Assembly (NCBI GenBank): GCA_016185525.1 | Contig: JACPNK010000003.1 | Location: forward strand, 1-61,688 | Length of the DNA stretch: 61,688 nt | Origin: Candidatus Yanofskybacteria bacterium | Lineage (GTDB): Bacteria > Patescibacteriota > Minisyncoccia > 2-02-FULL-40-12 > IGHO2-12-FULL-4 | Direction of reading: 5' to 3' | In this document: positions 1 to 8,178 of the stretch, one piece after another | Numbering within the stretch: position 1 is the first letter of the stretch | Layout: every line of letters starts with the position of its first letter | The notes under the pieces: generated by a model | Told to the model about the DNA's origin: nothing | Seen by the model: only the letters and a program-made list of their open reading frames with translations | The model's database searches: none | Position numbers and translations under genes: made by a program

Positions 1-1
1 G

Positions 2-532
2 CCGCAGGAGTTTCCTATTTTTTCCGAAATCTTTTGTTTTTTTGAAAAACACGCCCGCGATATGCAAAACGGACTTCAAGAAGAAATGGCGCATTCGCCG
101 GAGTGGCTGGACATCTGGTGGTATCCGGATGAATATATTTTTATTAAGCTTTGCCGTGAAAATAAATTAGGCTTGTTTTACCAAGAAGCCGGAAAGCTTC
201 TGGCAAATTGCCTAGACCCGGCTCAAGATACCGATATTCTGTTTGAGTCAGCTAAACTAAACCAGTCTCTTATCAAATTGCCGTTCCAAACAAGTGATTT
301 GGAATTAACTATGTCTTACAACATATGGGAATTTTATAAGGCCGTCATGATGAGTAAAACCCTGCCGATTGTAGCCGGTAACTATAAATACGTCATTGAC
401 CGGACAAGCCCAACTGAACACTGGGACTCCTGGGAAGAGTGGTATCAGAAAATGGTTTGGTGGTGCAACCGCCGAGGCGCGTACCTTTACGGAAACAAAA
501 ACCCTCACCAAGAAATCGCCGGACATCATTAA
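2..532 (+). CDS. Hypothetical protein, C-terminal fragment (5' end lies left of the window)
   Basis: The frame of ORF 62..532 stays open back to nt 2, so the listed Met is probably internal. The C-terminus is Trp-rich (WWCNRRGAYLYG). A hairpin terminator follows. Family not recognised with confidence. Confidence 0.55.
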   Translation, partial: PQEFPIFSEIFCFFEKHARDMQNGLQEEMAHSPEWLDIWWYPDEYIFIKLCRENKLGLFYQEAGKLLANCLDPAQDTDILFESAKLNQSLIKLPFQTSDLELTMSYNIWEFYKAVMMSKTLPIVAGNYKYVIDRTSPTEHWDSWEEWYQKMVWWCNRRGAYLYGNKNPHQEIAGHH

Positions 533-539
533 TTATCAA

Positions 540-565
540 GCCCCGCAATAGAGGGGCTTTTTTTG
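540..565 (+). terminator. Rho-independent terminator
   Basis: GCCCC (540-544) pairs with GGGGC (553-557) across an 8-nt loop, followed by a T7 run, directly after the stop at 532. Confidence 0.7.
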
Positions 566-628
566 TTTTTGTTTGACTATATTTAAAAAAGTTGTATTAT
601 GCAGTCAATACATATCACGGGAGGAAAC

Positions 629-1603
629 ATGTTGTTTAAAAATAAAAACGTTTTAGTCGCCGGAGGAACAGGTCTCGTTGGCAGATTCCTGGTCAAATTA
701 CTTATTGAACAAGGCGCGAACGTCAGAATCGCATCAATGGACGACCCTTCGCGGGCTCATCCGCAGGCAGAGTTCAAAAAGACCGACTTGACCAATTATG
801 ATAATTGCTTAGCGGTCTGCAAAGATATGAATTATGTGTTTAACCTGCTCTGCGCCAAAGGGTCGCCGGACACGGTCAGAAAATATCCAGCCACGCTGAT
901 GCGGCCGATGATTCTGTTCAACACCCACCTGTTTGACGCCGCGTTACAGTCTAAAGTGGGTGGATTTTTGTACACCAGTTCTGTGGGGGTTTATTATCCC
1001 GCATCCGTTTATCATGAAAATGACACGGAACGTACTCCTCCGCCGCCGAATGATTTTGCCGGACGGGCAAAGCTTTTCGGCGAGTGGTACGCCACGGCTC
1101 TCCGCATAGAACATAATTGGGATGTGTCTATTGTAAGGCCGGCAAACGTTTACGGCCCGTATGACAACTTTGATTCTATAAACGCAATGGTGGTTCCGTC
1201 TTTAATTAAACGCGCCTTAACTGAAGACCCTATGACAGTCTGGGGCGATGGTTCGTCGGTCAGGGATTTCATCCATGCGGAAGATGTCGCCCGGGGCATG
1301 CTATGCGTATCCGAGAAAAAACCAAACCAGCCCGTCAACTTAGGCAGTGGCGTAGGGGTAAGTATACGAGAATTGGTGGAGACAATCGCATCTAATATCC
1401 AGCCGGCGCCCAAAGTAGTTTGGGATACATCCAAACCAAGCGGCGACGCTCAAAGGATTCTAAGCACATCAAGAGCCCAAGAACTCGGTTTCCGGCCTAC
1501 AATATCCTTAAAGCAAGGCATCGGAGAAACAATACGGTGGTATGAGGCCAACCGTAATGCCACAGACAACCGTTACGATATCTTCAAGCAAATCAAGCCG
1601 TAA
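629..1603 (+). CDS. NAD-dependent sugar epimerase/reductase (extended SDR, GDP-fucose-synthase-like)
   Basis: Rossmann motif VAGGTGLVG near the N-terminus, YxxxK-like site, RPANVYGPYDNFD segment typical of Fcl-like SDRs. The ORF opens at 599, but GGGAGG at 619-624 favours the ATG at 629. Confidence 0.8.
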   Translation: MLFKNKNVLVAGGTGLVGRFLVKLLIEQGANVRIASMDDPSRAHPQAEFKKTDLTNYDNCLAVCKDMNYVFNLLCAKGSPDTVRKYPATLMRPMILFNTHLFDAALQSKVGGFLYTSSVGVYYPASVYHENDTERTPPPPNDFAGRAKLFGEWYATALRIEHNWDVSIVRPANVYGPYDNFDSINAMVVPSLIKRALTEDPMTVWGDGSSVRDFIHAEDVARGMLCVSEKKPNQPVNLGSGVGVSIRELVETIASNIQPAPKVVWDTSKPSGDAQRILSTSRAQELGFRPTISLKQGIGETIRWYEANRNATDNRYDIFKQIKP

Positions 1604-1622
1604 ATTATTTACGGTTTTTTTT
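1598..1622 (+). terminator. Rho-independent terminator
   Basis: CCGTAAA (1598-1604) pairs with TTTACGG (1608-1614), followed by a T8 run. It overlaps the stop codon of the SDR gene. Confidence 0.6.
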
Positions 1623-1657
1623 ATTTAAAAAAACCGCGTTATACACGGTTTTTATAT

Positions 1658-2422
1658 TTAAGCTTCGGCCAAGAACTCCCTTATGGCCTTCTCTGAAGTT
1701 CCATTAAATACGGGCAACACCTGTGTGGCTTTCTGGTTGGCGATATTTCCCGTTTCATAATGGTGAGCGCCAAATACAACCTTTTTGCCTGTAATATCCG
1801 CGATATCAGCAAGACTGATGCTATCCGCCGAAGCCAGATTGAATATACCCGTTTCCTTGCGAGCTATCGCCAAGCTAATGAACTCTAGGACGTCAGAATA
1901 GCGGATGACATTGTATAGAGAGCTTGCGTCCAGAGATAGAACCGGATGTGGATCTTTAAATAATTTCAACAAATTATTTCTCCGCATATACGGTCCGATT
2001 AAGAAAGCAGGCCGTAAAATCAAATAATTTTTAGCTTTGTTTTGTACGACCGACTCTGAAATTAATTTCATAACGCTATATATGCTCCGGACAGAATCGG
2101 CTTGAACAATTTCATCCTCAAAATGAGGCTGACCGTCTCCCGGATATATATCCACCGTAGAAAAAAACACAAAATATCGGTGAGGTATTTGCAACATTTT
2201 TTCTGTCAGAATAACGTTATCGTAATAATATTGGCTCAAATTTTGGCTTGTAACAAGCCGGGTGGGCATGTAATTACAGGCGCAATGAATTATAATATCA
2301 AAAGACCGGCTTTTTAATTCATCAGGGTTTGATTGCCTGGTAAATCCTGTGCCGCCAAGATGTTCATGTATGTATTTACCGATACCGCCCCTGGTTCCTG
2401 TCACAAGGACATTGCTATTCAT
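1658..2422 (-). CDS. NAD(P)-dependent oxidoreductase (short SDR-like)
   Basis: N-terminal VLVTGTRGGIGKY Rossmann motif and YSVMK (YxxxK). 254-aa ORF with no competing frame. Confidence 0.7.
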   Translation of the reverse strand: MNSNVLVTGTRGGIGKYIHEHLGGTGFTRQSNPDELKSRSFDIIIHCACNYMPTRLVTSQNLSQYYYDNVILTEKMLQIPHRYFVFFSTVDIYPGDGQPHFEDEIVQADSVRSIYSVMKLISESVVQNKAKNYLILRPAFLIGPYMRRNNLLKLFKDPHPVLSLDASSLYNVIRYSDVLEFISLAIARKETGIFNLASADSISLADIADITGKKVVFGAHHYETGNIANQKATQVLPVFNGTSEKAIREFLAEA

Positions 2423-2482
2423 TCTGTTTTCCTTTTTAAAAAACTATGCCATAGTATACCGAATGTAAATGGCATTGGCAAG

Positions 2483-2509
2483 TTGACCCTTTTTGACACT
2501 TTTTGATAC
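2483..2509 (+). promoter_or_regulatory. Phased triple TTGAY motif, copy 1 (TTGACCCTTTTTGACACTTTTTGATAC)
   Basis: Hexamers at 2483, 2493 and 2503, exactly 10 bp apart. Located in the divergent intergenic region between 1658..2422(-) and 2544(+). TATAAT at 2530-2535 lies 8 nt before the ATG at 2544. Confidence 0.6.
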
Positions 2510-2543
2510 CTTAAATAAACTATTGCGTGTATAATTATTTATA

Positions 2544-3629
2544 ATGGATAACCTAAATAAAAATTTAAATGTAGCCATACTGATTTCAACAAAAGATCGG
2601 CCCGACTTTATGACCCGACAGCTTCTTTATTATTCAAAACTTAAATCACCTCATCCGGTTTATATCGCGGATTCAAGCAATGACAAAAATGCCGAAATCC
2701 TAAAAAATGCCGTCAACAAATTAAAAAATGAAATATCGATTAAATATACATGGTATCCGCCCGGACCCGATAATCATGGAAGCTTGTTGGAACAGGTAAA
2801 AGAAAAATATGCTTGTGTAATCAGTGATGACGATTATCAGATACCGGCCTCTCTGGTAAAATGCGCGGAATTTTTGGAAAATAATCCGGATTACGCCGCA
2901 GCGGGCGGACGCTCGGTAAGTTTCCGCCTAAAAGAAAGCGGGCCGTACGGAGAGTTACAAAGATTGGCCGACTATCCGAGATATTCGATTGAGGCGGAAA
3001 CGGCCCGTCAGAGATTGATTGATTTCATGAAAGTTATTTATTCCATATCATTCTTCGTAAATCGGGTAGATGGCATGAAAAAAGCTTGGAAAAGCAAGCT
3101 GTATATGGCCCAGACGATGAATGAACTCATTTCTTGGAATCACTTGATTATAGCCGGAAAATCAAAATTGATTGACTGTTTAAGTCTTGTCCGGCAAATT
3201 CATGCCCAACAATACTCAATGCCTAACATTTTTGATTGGGTAACCGGTAAAAACTTCTCTGATGATTATGAGTTCTTCAAGGATGATATCGCCAAAGCAG
3301 TAGCCGAAAAAGATAATATTGACGTCCAAGACGCCAAAGAAACCGCTAAAGAAATTTTTTGGCACTATGCGCAAAAAACACTGTCTTCGGATTATAAATA
3401 TTACATTGCCAAGCAATATCCTCCTAAAAAAATGTCGAACAAAAACCTAAGGGCTGAAATTGCGAAATCATTTCCGGTTCTTAAGAAAATATACAGGTCT
3501 TATGTAAGGCGGCTTCTGAGTAACGACCCGCAAATGCATTATGAAGTACTCCAGCCAAGTTCAAAATATTACAGAGACTTTAAGCCTGTTATGGATTCGT
3601 TCACCGGTTCTTCTCCAAAAAATCTTTAA
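2544..3629 (+). CDS. GT-A-like (GT2-like) putative glycosyltransferase, paralog 1 of 3
   Basis: N-terminus VAILISTKDRPDF...PVYIADSSND and an acidic DDD motif, as in GT-A folds. Clearly homologous to the two downstream minus-strand genes. Its 3' end overlaps the convergent paralog by 29 nt. Confidence 0.6.
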   Translation: MDNLNKNLNVAILISTKDRPDFMTRQLLYYSKLKSPHPVYIADSSNDKNAEILKNAVNKLKNEISIKYTWYPPGPDNHGSLLEQVKEKYACVISDDDYQIPASLVKCAEFLENNPDYAAAGGRSVSFRLKESGPYGELQRLADYPRYSIEAETARQRLIDFMKVIYSISFFVNRVDGMKKAWKSKLYMAQTMNELISWNHLIIAGKSKLIDCLSLVRQIHAQQYSMPNIFDWVTGKNFSDDYEFFKDDIAKAVAEKDNIDVQDAKETAKEIFWHYAQKTLSSDYKYYIAKQYPPKKMSNKNLRAEIAKSFPVLKKIYRSYVRRLLSNDPQMHYEVLQPSSKYYRDFKPVMDSFTGSSPKNL

Positions 3630-4656
3630 CAATTTTAAAATCATTAAAGTATTTTGATTCCGGCCGGTCAACGTAACTGGGAGGGTAAAATTTATAGTAG
3701 ATACTCTTTAAAAGCGGTTTGCTGGAAATAAAGTATCTTAGTTTTTTAAACAGATTCCGCCTGGCAGGCGCGGATTCTCCCTGGCCAACGGATAACCAGC
3801 CGGTTTCTAAAGTAAACTGGCGCGCAAGATAGAGAATAAATATCCATTTAACAATTTTTAAGCTTTCTTTTTCCGGCACGCCCTTTTCTTGTATAATTTC
3901 CGAGAATCCTTTTTCGCAAATGCTCCACTGTTCGCCAACGGATGGCGATAGCATAAAATCGACATAAAGAAAACTGGGATTGTGGTCAAGAGAGTATCTA
4001 AGGCCGCTTATTTGCATAACATACCCCAGCTTATCAAGCATCTTAGATTTTCCGGAAATTATAAGTATAGACGCCAATAAAAATTCCGTCATACGCCCGG
4101 CCAAAGAGAAATGCCTGGTAATATTGCGTATTGACCTTTCTGTCTCAACCCTTGTAACCGCAAAACTGATAAAAACCGGGTTGAACCAAAAACTTTTTAT
4201 TCGCGCAAGCATATCCTCATTTTCAATCGATCTGCTGGATGTGGATGTTTGCTGCTCAATTAAACCATAGGGCTTACTATAGTCTTCCTGCCGGAAACGG
4301 ATATTTACTTGCCTGCCGGCGCAAGTTCCGTAATCAGGATGTTCCTCCAAAAAGTCGGCGCATTCAGAGATTGTTTTTGGAATCATTATGTCGTCATCGC
4401 CCATTTGTATGCAGTATTTTTCTTTTACTAACGGCAATATCTGATACAGAGAATCTTTTCCCGGCGGAGCCCATTGGTAAGTAATTTCAAATTTTTTGAA
4501 CTTTTTAATTCCCTCTTTTAATTTTTCAGCGTTTTTTTCGTTACTGCTGTCTAATATGTATATCGGGTGTGGGCTGTTCATCAATTCATAAAACTCAAAT
4601 TGCCTTAAAAGAAAGTCAGGACGGTTCATTGTCGGAATTGTTATAGCAACCTTCAT
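3601..4656 (-). CDS. GT-A-like putative glycosyltransferase, paralog 2 of 3
   Basis: MKVAITIPTMNRPDF...IYILDSSNE and a GDDD motif. ATGA overlap with the upstream paralog at 4653-4656. GGAG lies 9 nt upstream of the ATG. Confidence 0.6.
   Translation of the reverse strand: MKVAITIPTMNRPDFLLRQFEFYELMNSPHPIYILDSSNEKNAEKLKEGIKKFKKFEITYQWAPPGKDSLYQILPLVKEKYCIQMGDDDIMIPKTISECADFLEEHPDYGTCAGRQVNIRFRQEDYSKPYGLIEQQTSTSSRSIENEDMLARIKSFWFNPVFISFAVTRVETERSIRNITRHFSLAGRMTEFLLASILIISGKSKMLDKLGYVMQISGLRYSLDHNPSFLYVDFMLSPSVGEQWSICEKGFSEIIQEKGVPEKESLKIVKWIFILYLARQFTLETGWLSVGQGESAPARRNLFKKLRYFISSKPLLKSIYYKFYPPSYVDRPESKYFNDFKIVKDFLEKNR
3613..3808. repeat. 196-nt near-identical segment shared by tandem paralogs (copy A)
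   Basis: Matches 4665..4860 with only 2 mismatches seen by eye. Covers the C-terminal ~60 codons of paralog 2. Confidence 0.85.
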
Positions 4657-5693
4657 AAGTAGGACTCCAAAAAATCTTTAACAATTTTAAAATCATTAAA
4701 GTATTTTGATTCCGGCCGGTCAACGTAACTGGGAGGGTAAAATTTATAGTAGATACTCTTTAAAAGCGGTTTGCTCGAAATAAAGTATCTTAGTTTTTTA
4801 AACAGATTCCGCCTGGCAGGCGCGGATTCTTCCTGGCCAACGGATAACCAGCCGGTTTCTGTAGAAAATCTATAAGGATAGACAAGATAAATAAGAAATA
4901 TCCATTTAATAATTTTTAAGCTTTCTTTTTCCGGCACACCCTTTTCCTGTATAATTTCCGAGAATCCTTTTTCGCAAATGCTCCATTTCTCGCTAATAAA
5001 ACTAAAATTAGCCGTAAGGCTGTGGTCAAAGGATCGAATGCCGCTTATTTGCATAACATACCCCAGTTTATCAAGCACCTTAGATTTTCCGGAAATTATC
5101 AATATGGACAATAGCAAAAATTCCAACATGTCCTCCAGAAGACCAAAATGTTTTGTAATGTTTCTTATTGTTTTTTCTGTTTCAGTCCTTCTGACTGCAA
5201 AGCAGATAAAAGTCGGGTCGGACCAGAAATTTTTTGCCCGCACAAGCATATTCCCATCTTCAACTGACCTGCCTAGCGGAAGCGTTTGCTGCTCAATCAA
5301 ACCGTAGGGTTTACTATAATCTTCCTGTCGGAAACGGATATCTACTTGTTTACCGGCGCAAGTTCCGTAATCAGGATGTTCTTCTAAAAAGTCGGCGCAT
5401 TCAGAGATTGTCTTTGGAATAACAATGTCATCGTCTCCTATCTGAACACAGTATTTTTCTTTTATTAAAGGCGTTAATTGATACAAACAATCTTTTCCCG
5501 GCGGAGCCCATTGATAAGTAGTCTCAAAGTTTTTGAACTTTTTAATTCCTTCTTTTAACTTTTCGGCGTTTTCTTCGTTACTGCTATCCAAGATATATAT
5601 GGAATGAGGACTACTCATAAACTCATAGAACTCAAACTGTCTCAATATAAAATCAGGGCGGTTCATTGTTGGAATTATTATAGCAACTTTCAT
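4653..5693 (-). CDS. GT-A-like putative glycosyltransferase, paralog 3 of 3
   Basis: MKVAIIIPTMNRPDF aligns with the paralog 2 N-terminus, so the ATG at 5693 is preferred. The ORF is open to 5777, but that extension would run into the regulatory motif at 5761-5787. Confidence 0.6.
   Translation of the reverse strand: MKVAIIIPTMNRPDFILRQFEFYEFMSSPHSIYILDSSNEENAEKLKEGIKKFKNFETTYQWAPPGKDCLYQLTPLIKEKYCVQIGDDDIVIPKTISECADFLEEHPDYGTCAGKQVDIRFRQEDYSKPYGLIEQQTLPLGRSVEDGNMLVRAKNFWSDPTFICFAVRRTETEKTIRNITKHFGLLEDMLEFLLLSILIISGKSKVLDKLGYVMQISGIRSFDHSLTANFSFISEKWSICEKGFSEIIQEKGVPEKESLKIIKWIFLIYLVYPYRFSTETGWLSVGQEESAPARRNLFKKLRYFISSKPLLKSIYYKFYPPSYVDRPESKYFNDFKIVKDFLESYL
4665..4860. repeat. 196-nt near-identical segment shared by tandem paralogs (copy B)
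   Basis: Counterpart of 3613..3808. The identity ends 5 codons before each stop codon. Confidence 0.85.
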
Positions 5694-5760
5694 ATAGGAT
5701 TCGTGGAAATTATTTGTTAAATAATATAATTTAGATGAAACAAAGTCCATAGCCGACTTA

Positions 5761-5787
5761 TTGACACCTTTTGACATCTTTTGATAC
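5761..5787 (+). promoter_or_regulatory. Phased triple TTGAY motif, copy 2 (TTGACACCTTTTGACATCTTTTGATAC)
   Basis: Hexamers at 5761, 5771 and 5781. Only 9 nt separate the motif from the GTG start at 5797. Located in a divergent intergenic region. Confidence 0.6.
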
Positions 5788-5796
5788 GCTTATCTT

Positions 5797-6930
5797 GTGA
5801 GCAAAACAAAGATAAAATTTATTCCTTATGGCCGGCAAGTAATTGACGAGAGCGACATCAAGGCCGTTGTAAAGGTTTTGCGCTCGGACTGGCTGACACA
5901 AGGCCCTGCTGTAAGGCAATTTGAAGAGTCTTTGGCTAAATACTGCAACGCAGAATACGCCGTGGCTGTTTCAAACGGCACAGCCGCTCTTCACTTGGCA
6001 TATTTAGCAGCCGGCTTAAAAGCCGGTGATGAAGTTATCACCACGCCCAATACATTTGCCGCAACAACCAATATGCTCTTGGCTATCGGGGCAAAACCTG
6101 TTTTTTGCGATATACGGCTGGACAACTACAACATTGATGAGTCAAAAATTGAAACGCTGATCACGCCAAAAACAAAAGCCATAGTCCCCGTCCACTTTGG
6201 CGGCCATCCATGCAATATGGACAAAATATTGAGTCTGGCCAAAAGACACAATCTGCTAGTAATTGAGGACGCCTGCCACGCCCTTGGCGCTTCTTATAAA
6301 AACAAAAAAATCGGCGGTATCGGCGACATGTCTGTTTTCAGCTTTCACCCGGTTAAATCCATAACCACCGGCGAAGGCGGAGCAATTCTGACGAACAGTC
6401 AAGATTTTTATAAAAAACTACTGCATCTGCGCACTCATGGCATAACCAAAGATGCCGATGGTTTTAATGTCATGACCGCGCTTGGTTACAACTACAGAAT
6501 TACCGATATTCAAACGGCTTTGGGAATAAGCCAGCTAAAAAAACTGGGCAAGTTTGTAAAAGCCAGACAGCAAGTTTTCAATTCTTATAAAACAGAACTC
6601 GCAAGCGTGAAAGAAATCTCTACACCGTCAATAAGTAAAAATACCGTTTCCGCAAATCATCTTTTTGTCATCAGGACAAAAGATCCGGTAAAAAGAAACC
6701 CCCTCGCCAATTTTCTCAAACAAAACGACATCGGCGTAAATTTTCACTATCCAATGGTCTATTCCCACCCATACTATCGGGAAAATGGGTACCAAAATGT
6801 TACCCTCAAGAATGCAGATCTATATCATAATTCTTGCATCACTCTTCCGCTTTATGCAACCTTAAAAATACCTGAAATTAAATACATTTGTAAAAAAATT
6901 AAAAAATTCTTTACGCAAAATAACCCGTGA
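5797..6930 (+). CDS. pseC: DegT/DnrJ/EryC1-family sugar aminotransferase, PseC-like
   Basis: N-terminus IPYGRQVIDESDI...SDWLTQGPAVRQFE and NGTAALHLA match my recollection of the PseC-type signature. A PLP-lysine region (SFHPVKSIT) is present. GTG start. Confidence 0.7.
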   Translation: MSKTKIKFIPYGRQVIDESDIKAVVKVLRSDWLTQGPAVRQFEESLAKYCNAEYAVAVSNGTAALHLAYLAAGLKAGDEVITTPNTFAATTNMLLAIGAKPVFCDIRLDNYNIDESKIETLITPKTKAIVPVHFGGHPCNMDKILSLAKRHNLLVIEDACHALGASYKNKKIGGIGDMSVFSFHPVKSITTGEGGAILTNSQDFYKKLLHLRTHGITKDADGFNVMTALGYNYRITDIQTALGISQLKKLGKFVKARQQVFNSYKTELASVKEISTPSISKNTVSANHLFVIRTKDPVKRNPLANFLKQNDIGVNFHYPMVYSHPYYRENGYQNVTLKNADLYHNSCITLPLYATLKIPEIKYICKKIKKFFTQNNP

Positions 6931-6952
6931 CAAACTCCCAAACTTCGAACTC

Positions 6953-6981
6953 TTGACATCCAATGGTTTTTAAAATATAAT
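6953..6981 (+). promoter_or_regulatory. Consensus sigma70-type promoter
   Basis: TTGACA (6953-6958), exactly 17 nt of spacer, then TATAAT (6976-6981). GAGGG at 7010-7014 lies 6 nt before the GTG at 7021. Confidence 0.75.
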
Positions 6982-7020
6982 ATTTTAGACTTTCGGGGTC
7001 TTTAAAAACGAGGGCGAAGA

Positions 7021-8019
7021 GTGACAAAGAAGAAAAAAGTATTCCTGGCAATAATGGTTGTCATTACATTAATGGTGATGTCAACTATTTTTTTATCAGG
7101 TTGGCAGCAAACTGTATTCTTGAGAGTGGCCTTAGCTAACGGGATAGCATCAATACTTATAAAAACCGTCGCCAGTTCTTTATCAAGAACAAAAAAGTTA
7201 AGCCTCCAGTTTTTCACCTGCTTTATTTTATCTCTTATTTTTGGAGCTATTTCAACCGATCTCGACTCTAGGCAATTTAACGGTTTTTTCTTGCTGGTAA
7301 TAGGTATGGGTCTGATAAATAGTGGTGCCAATTACTGCCAATGGCGGGCCATGGACATGAATGTGACTAAAACATCACTTTTCACCCAGGGTGATGATAT
7401 TCTATCGATGGTCTTGGCTTATTTCATCCTAAATGAGAGTCGGATCATAACATTATCGTGGAGTCTAGGCATTGTCCTGGTCTTGATTGCCGCGGTTCTG
7501 TTCGTTACTGCTCCCATCGCCATTCCCAAAGAAACAGACGACAAAAATAAAGCCTCTCTTCGAGAACAAGGCAGAAAAAACAATCAGGCAATTTGGAAAT
7601 GGGTCATGGGTTATAACCTGGGCTGGGGACTTACAAGTTTTATGTTCAGAGTTTTGAGCCTTAACGGTTTATCTATATTTTACTTCCTGCCAGCCTGGTA
7701 CGGGAGCAGTTTCATCGGTTCACTGTTCATTCTTTTTCTCGGCAACAAGGAAGAGGCTTCCGGTAAATTAACTTTGAAAAATACTTACCCCGTACTACTG
7801 CTCTCTCTGGTAGTATTTGTCAGTCTCGGTCTTTTTTATCAGGCTTTCGCCCTTGCTGAAGTGTTGAAGGTGCGACCGATATTCCAAATGGGCCAAGTCA
7901 TGATACCGCTTCTGGTCGGCCTATACGTATTCAATGAGTTCAAAGACTTCACCAAGCAGAGTAAATTGGCGATGATCATGGGTTTAATAGGAACGCTAGT
8001 CATATTTGCAAATATCTAA
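7021..8019 (+). CDS. Polytopic membrane protein, DMT/EamA-like 5+5 TM architecture
   Basis: About 10 hydrophobic helices are split by a charged central loop (PKETDDKNKASLREQGRKNNQ). Both halves end in G-rich helices as in EamA repeats. Family call is tentative. Confidence 0.55.
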   Translation: MTKKKKVFLAIMVVITLMVMSTIFLSGWQQTVFLRVALANGIASILIKTVASSLSRTKKLSLQFFTCFILSLIFGAISTDLDSRQFNGFFLLVIGMGLINSGANYCQWRAMDMNVTKTSLFTQGDDILSMVLAYFILNESRIITLSWSLGIVLVLIAAVLFVTAPIAIPKETDDKNKASLREQGRKNNQAIWKWVMGYNLGWGLTSFMFRVLSLNGLSIFYFLPAWYGSSFIGSLFILFLGNKEEASGKLTLKNTYPVLLLSLVVFVSLGLFYQAFALAEVLKVRPIFQMGQVMIPLLVGLYVFNEFKDFTKQSKLAMIMGLIGTLVIFANI

Positions 8020-8056
8020 AACGTTCTACAAGATCCGTTAAGGTAAATTTTTATCT

Positions 8057-8090
8057 CCGCACTTACGCACGAGTGCGGGGTTTTATTTTA
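8057..8090 (+). terminator. Rho-independent terminator
   Basis: CCGCACT (8057-8063) pairs with AGTGCGG (8072-8078), followed by GGTTTTATTTT. Confidence 0.7.
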
Positions 8091-8178
8091 AACAACACGC
8101 AAAGCTTTATATGTCAATATGGTATTAGTAGAAAGGCTGTTGTATAATCCATCCATATTAACCATTTAACATTCAACT

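Noticed and set aside
305-529. Antisense or shadow ORFs inside longer genes. Examples: 305..529(-), 1150..1434(-), 2102..2317(+), 3980..4484(+), 4978..5422(+), 8245..9986(-) set, 11137..11509(-), 13813..14205(-), 35380..35887 set, 42625..43051(-), 45491..45856(+).
   Set aside because: Each lies entirely within a longer ORF on the opposite strand or another frame that has clear family motifs. The translated sequences are low-complexity or unremarkable and lack start signals.
2483-2509. Interpreting the phased TTGAY motif simply as a sigma70 promoter (-35 TTGACA plus a -10).
   Set aside because: At a 16-nt spacing from the first hexamer, the candidate -10 reads GATACC, GATACG and GATACT. It lacks the conserved final T in two of three copies. 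The strict 10-bp triple periodicity is better explained as a protein-binding array, though a specialised promoter cannot be excluded.
8143-8148. TATAAT hexamer 30 nt upstream of the ATG at 8179 as a promoter for the fusion gene.
   Set aside because: There is no acceptable -35 at 16-18 nt spacing, and the region is AT-rich, so a lone hexamer is weak evidence. Not listed as a feature.
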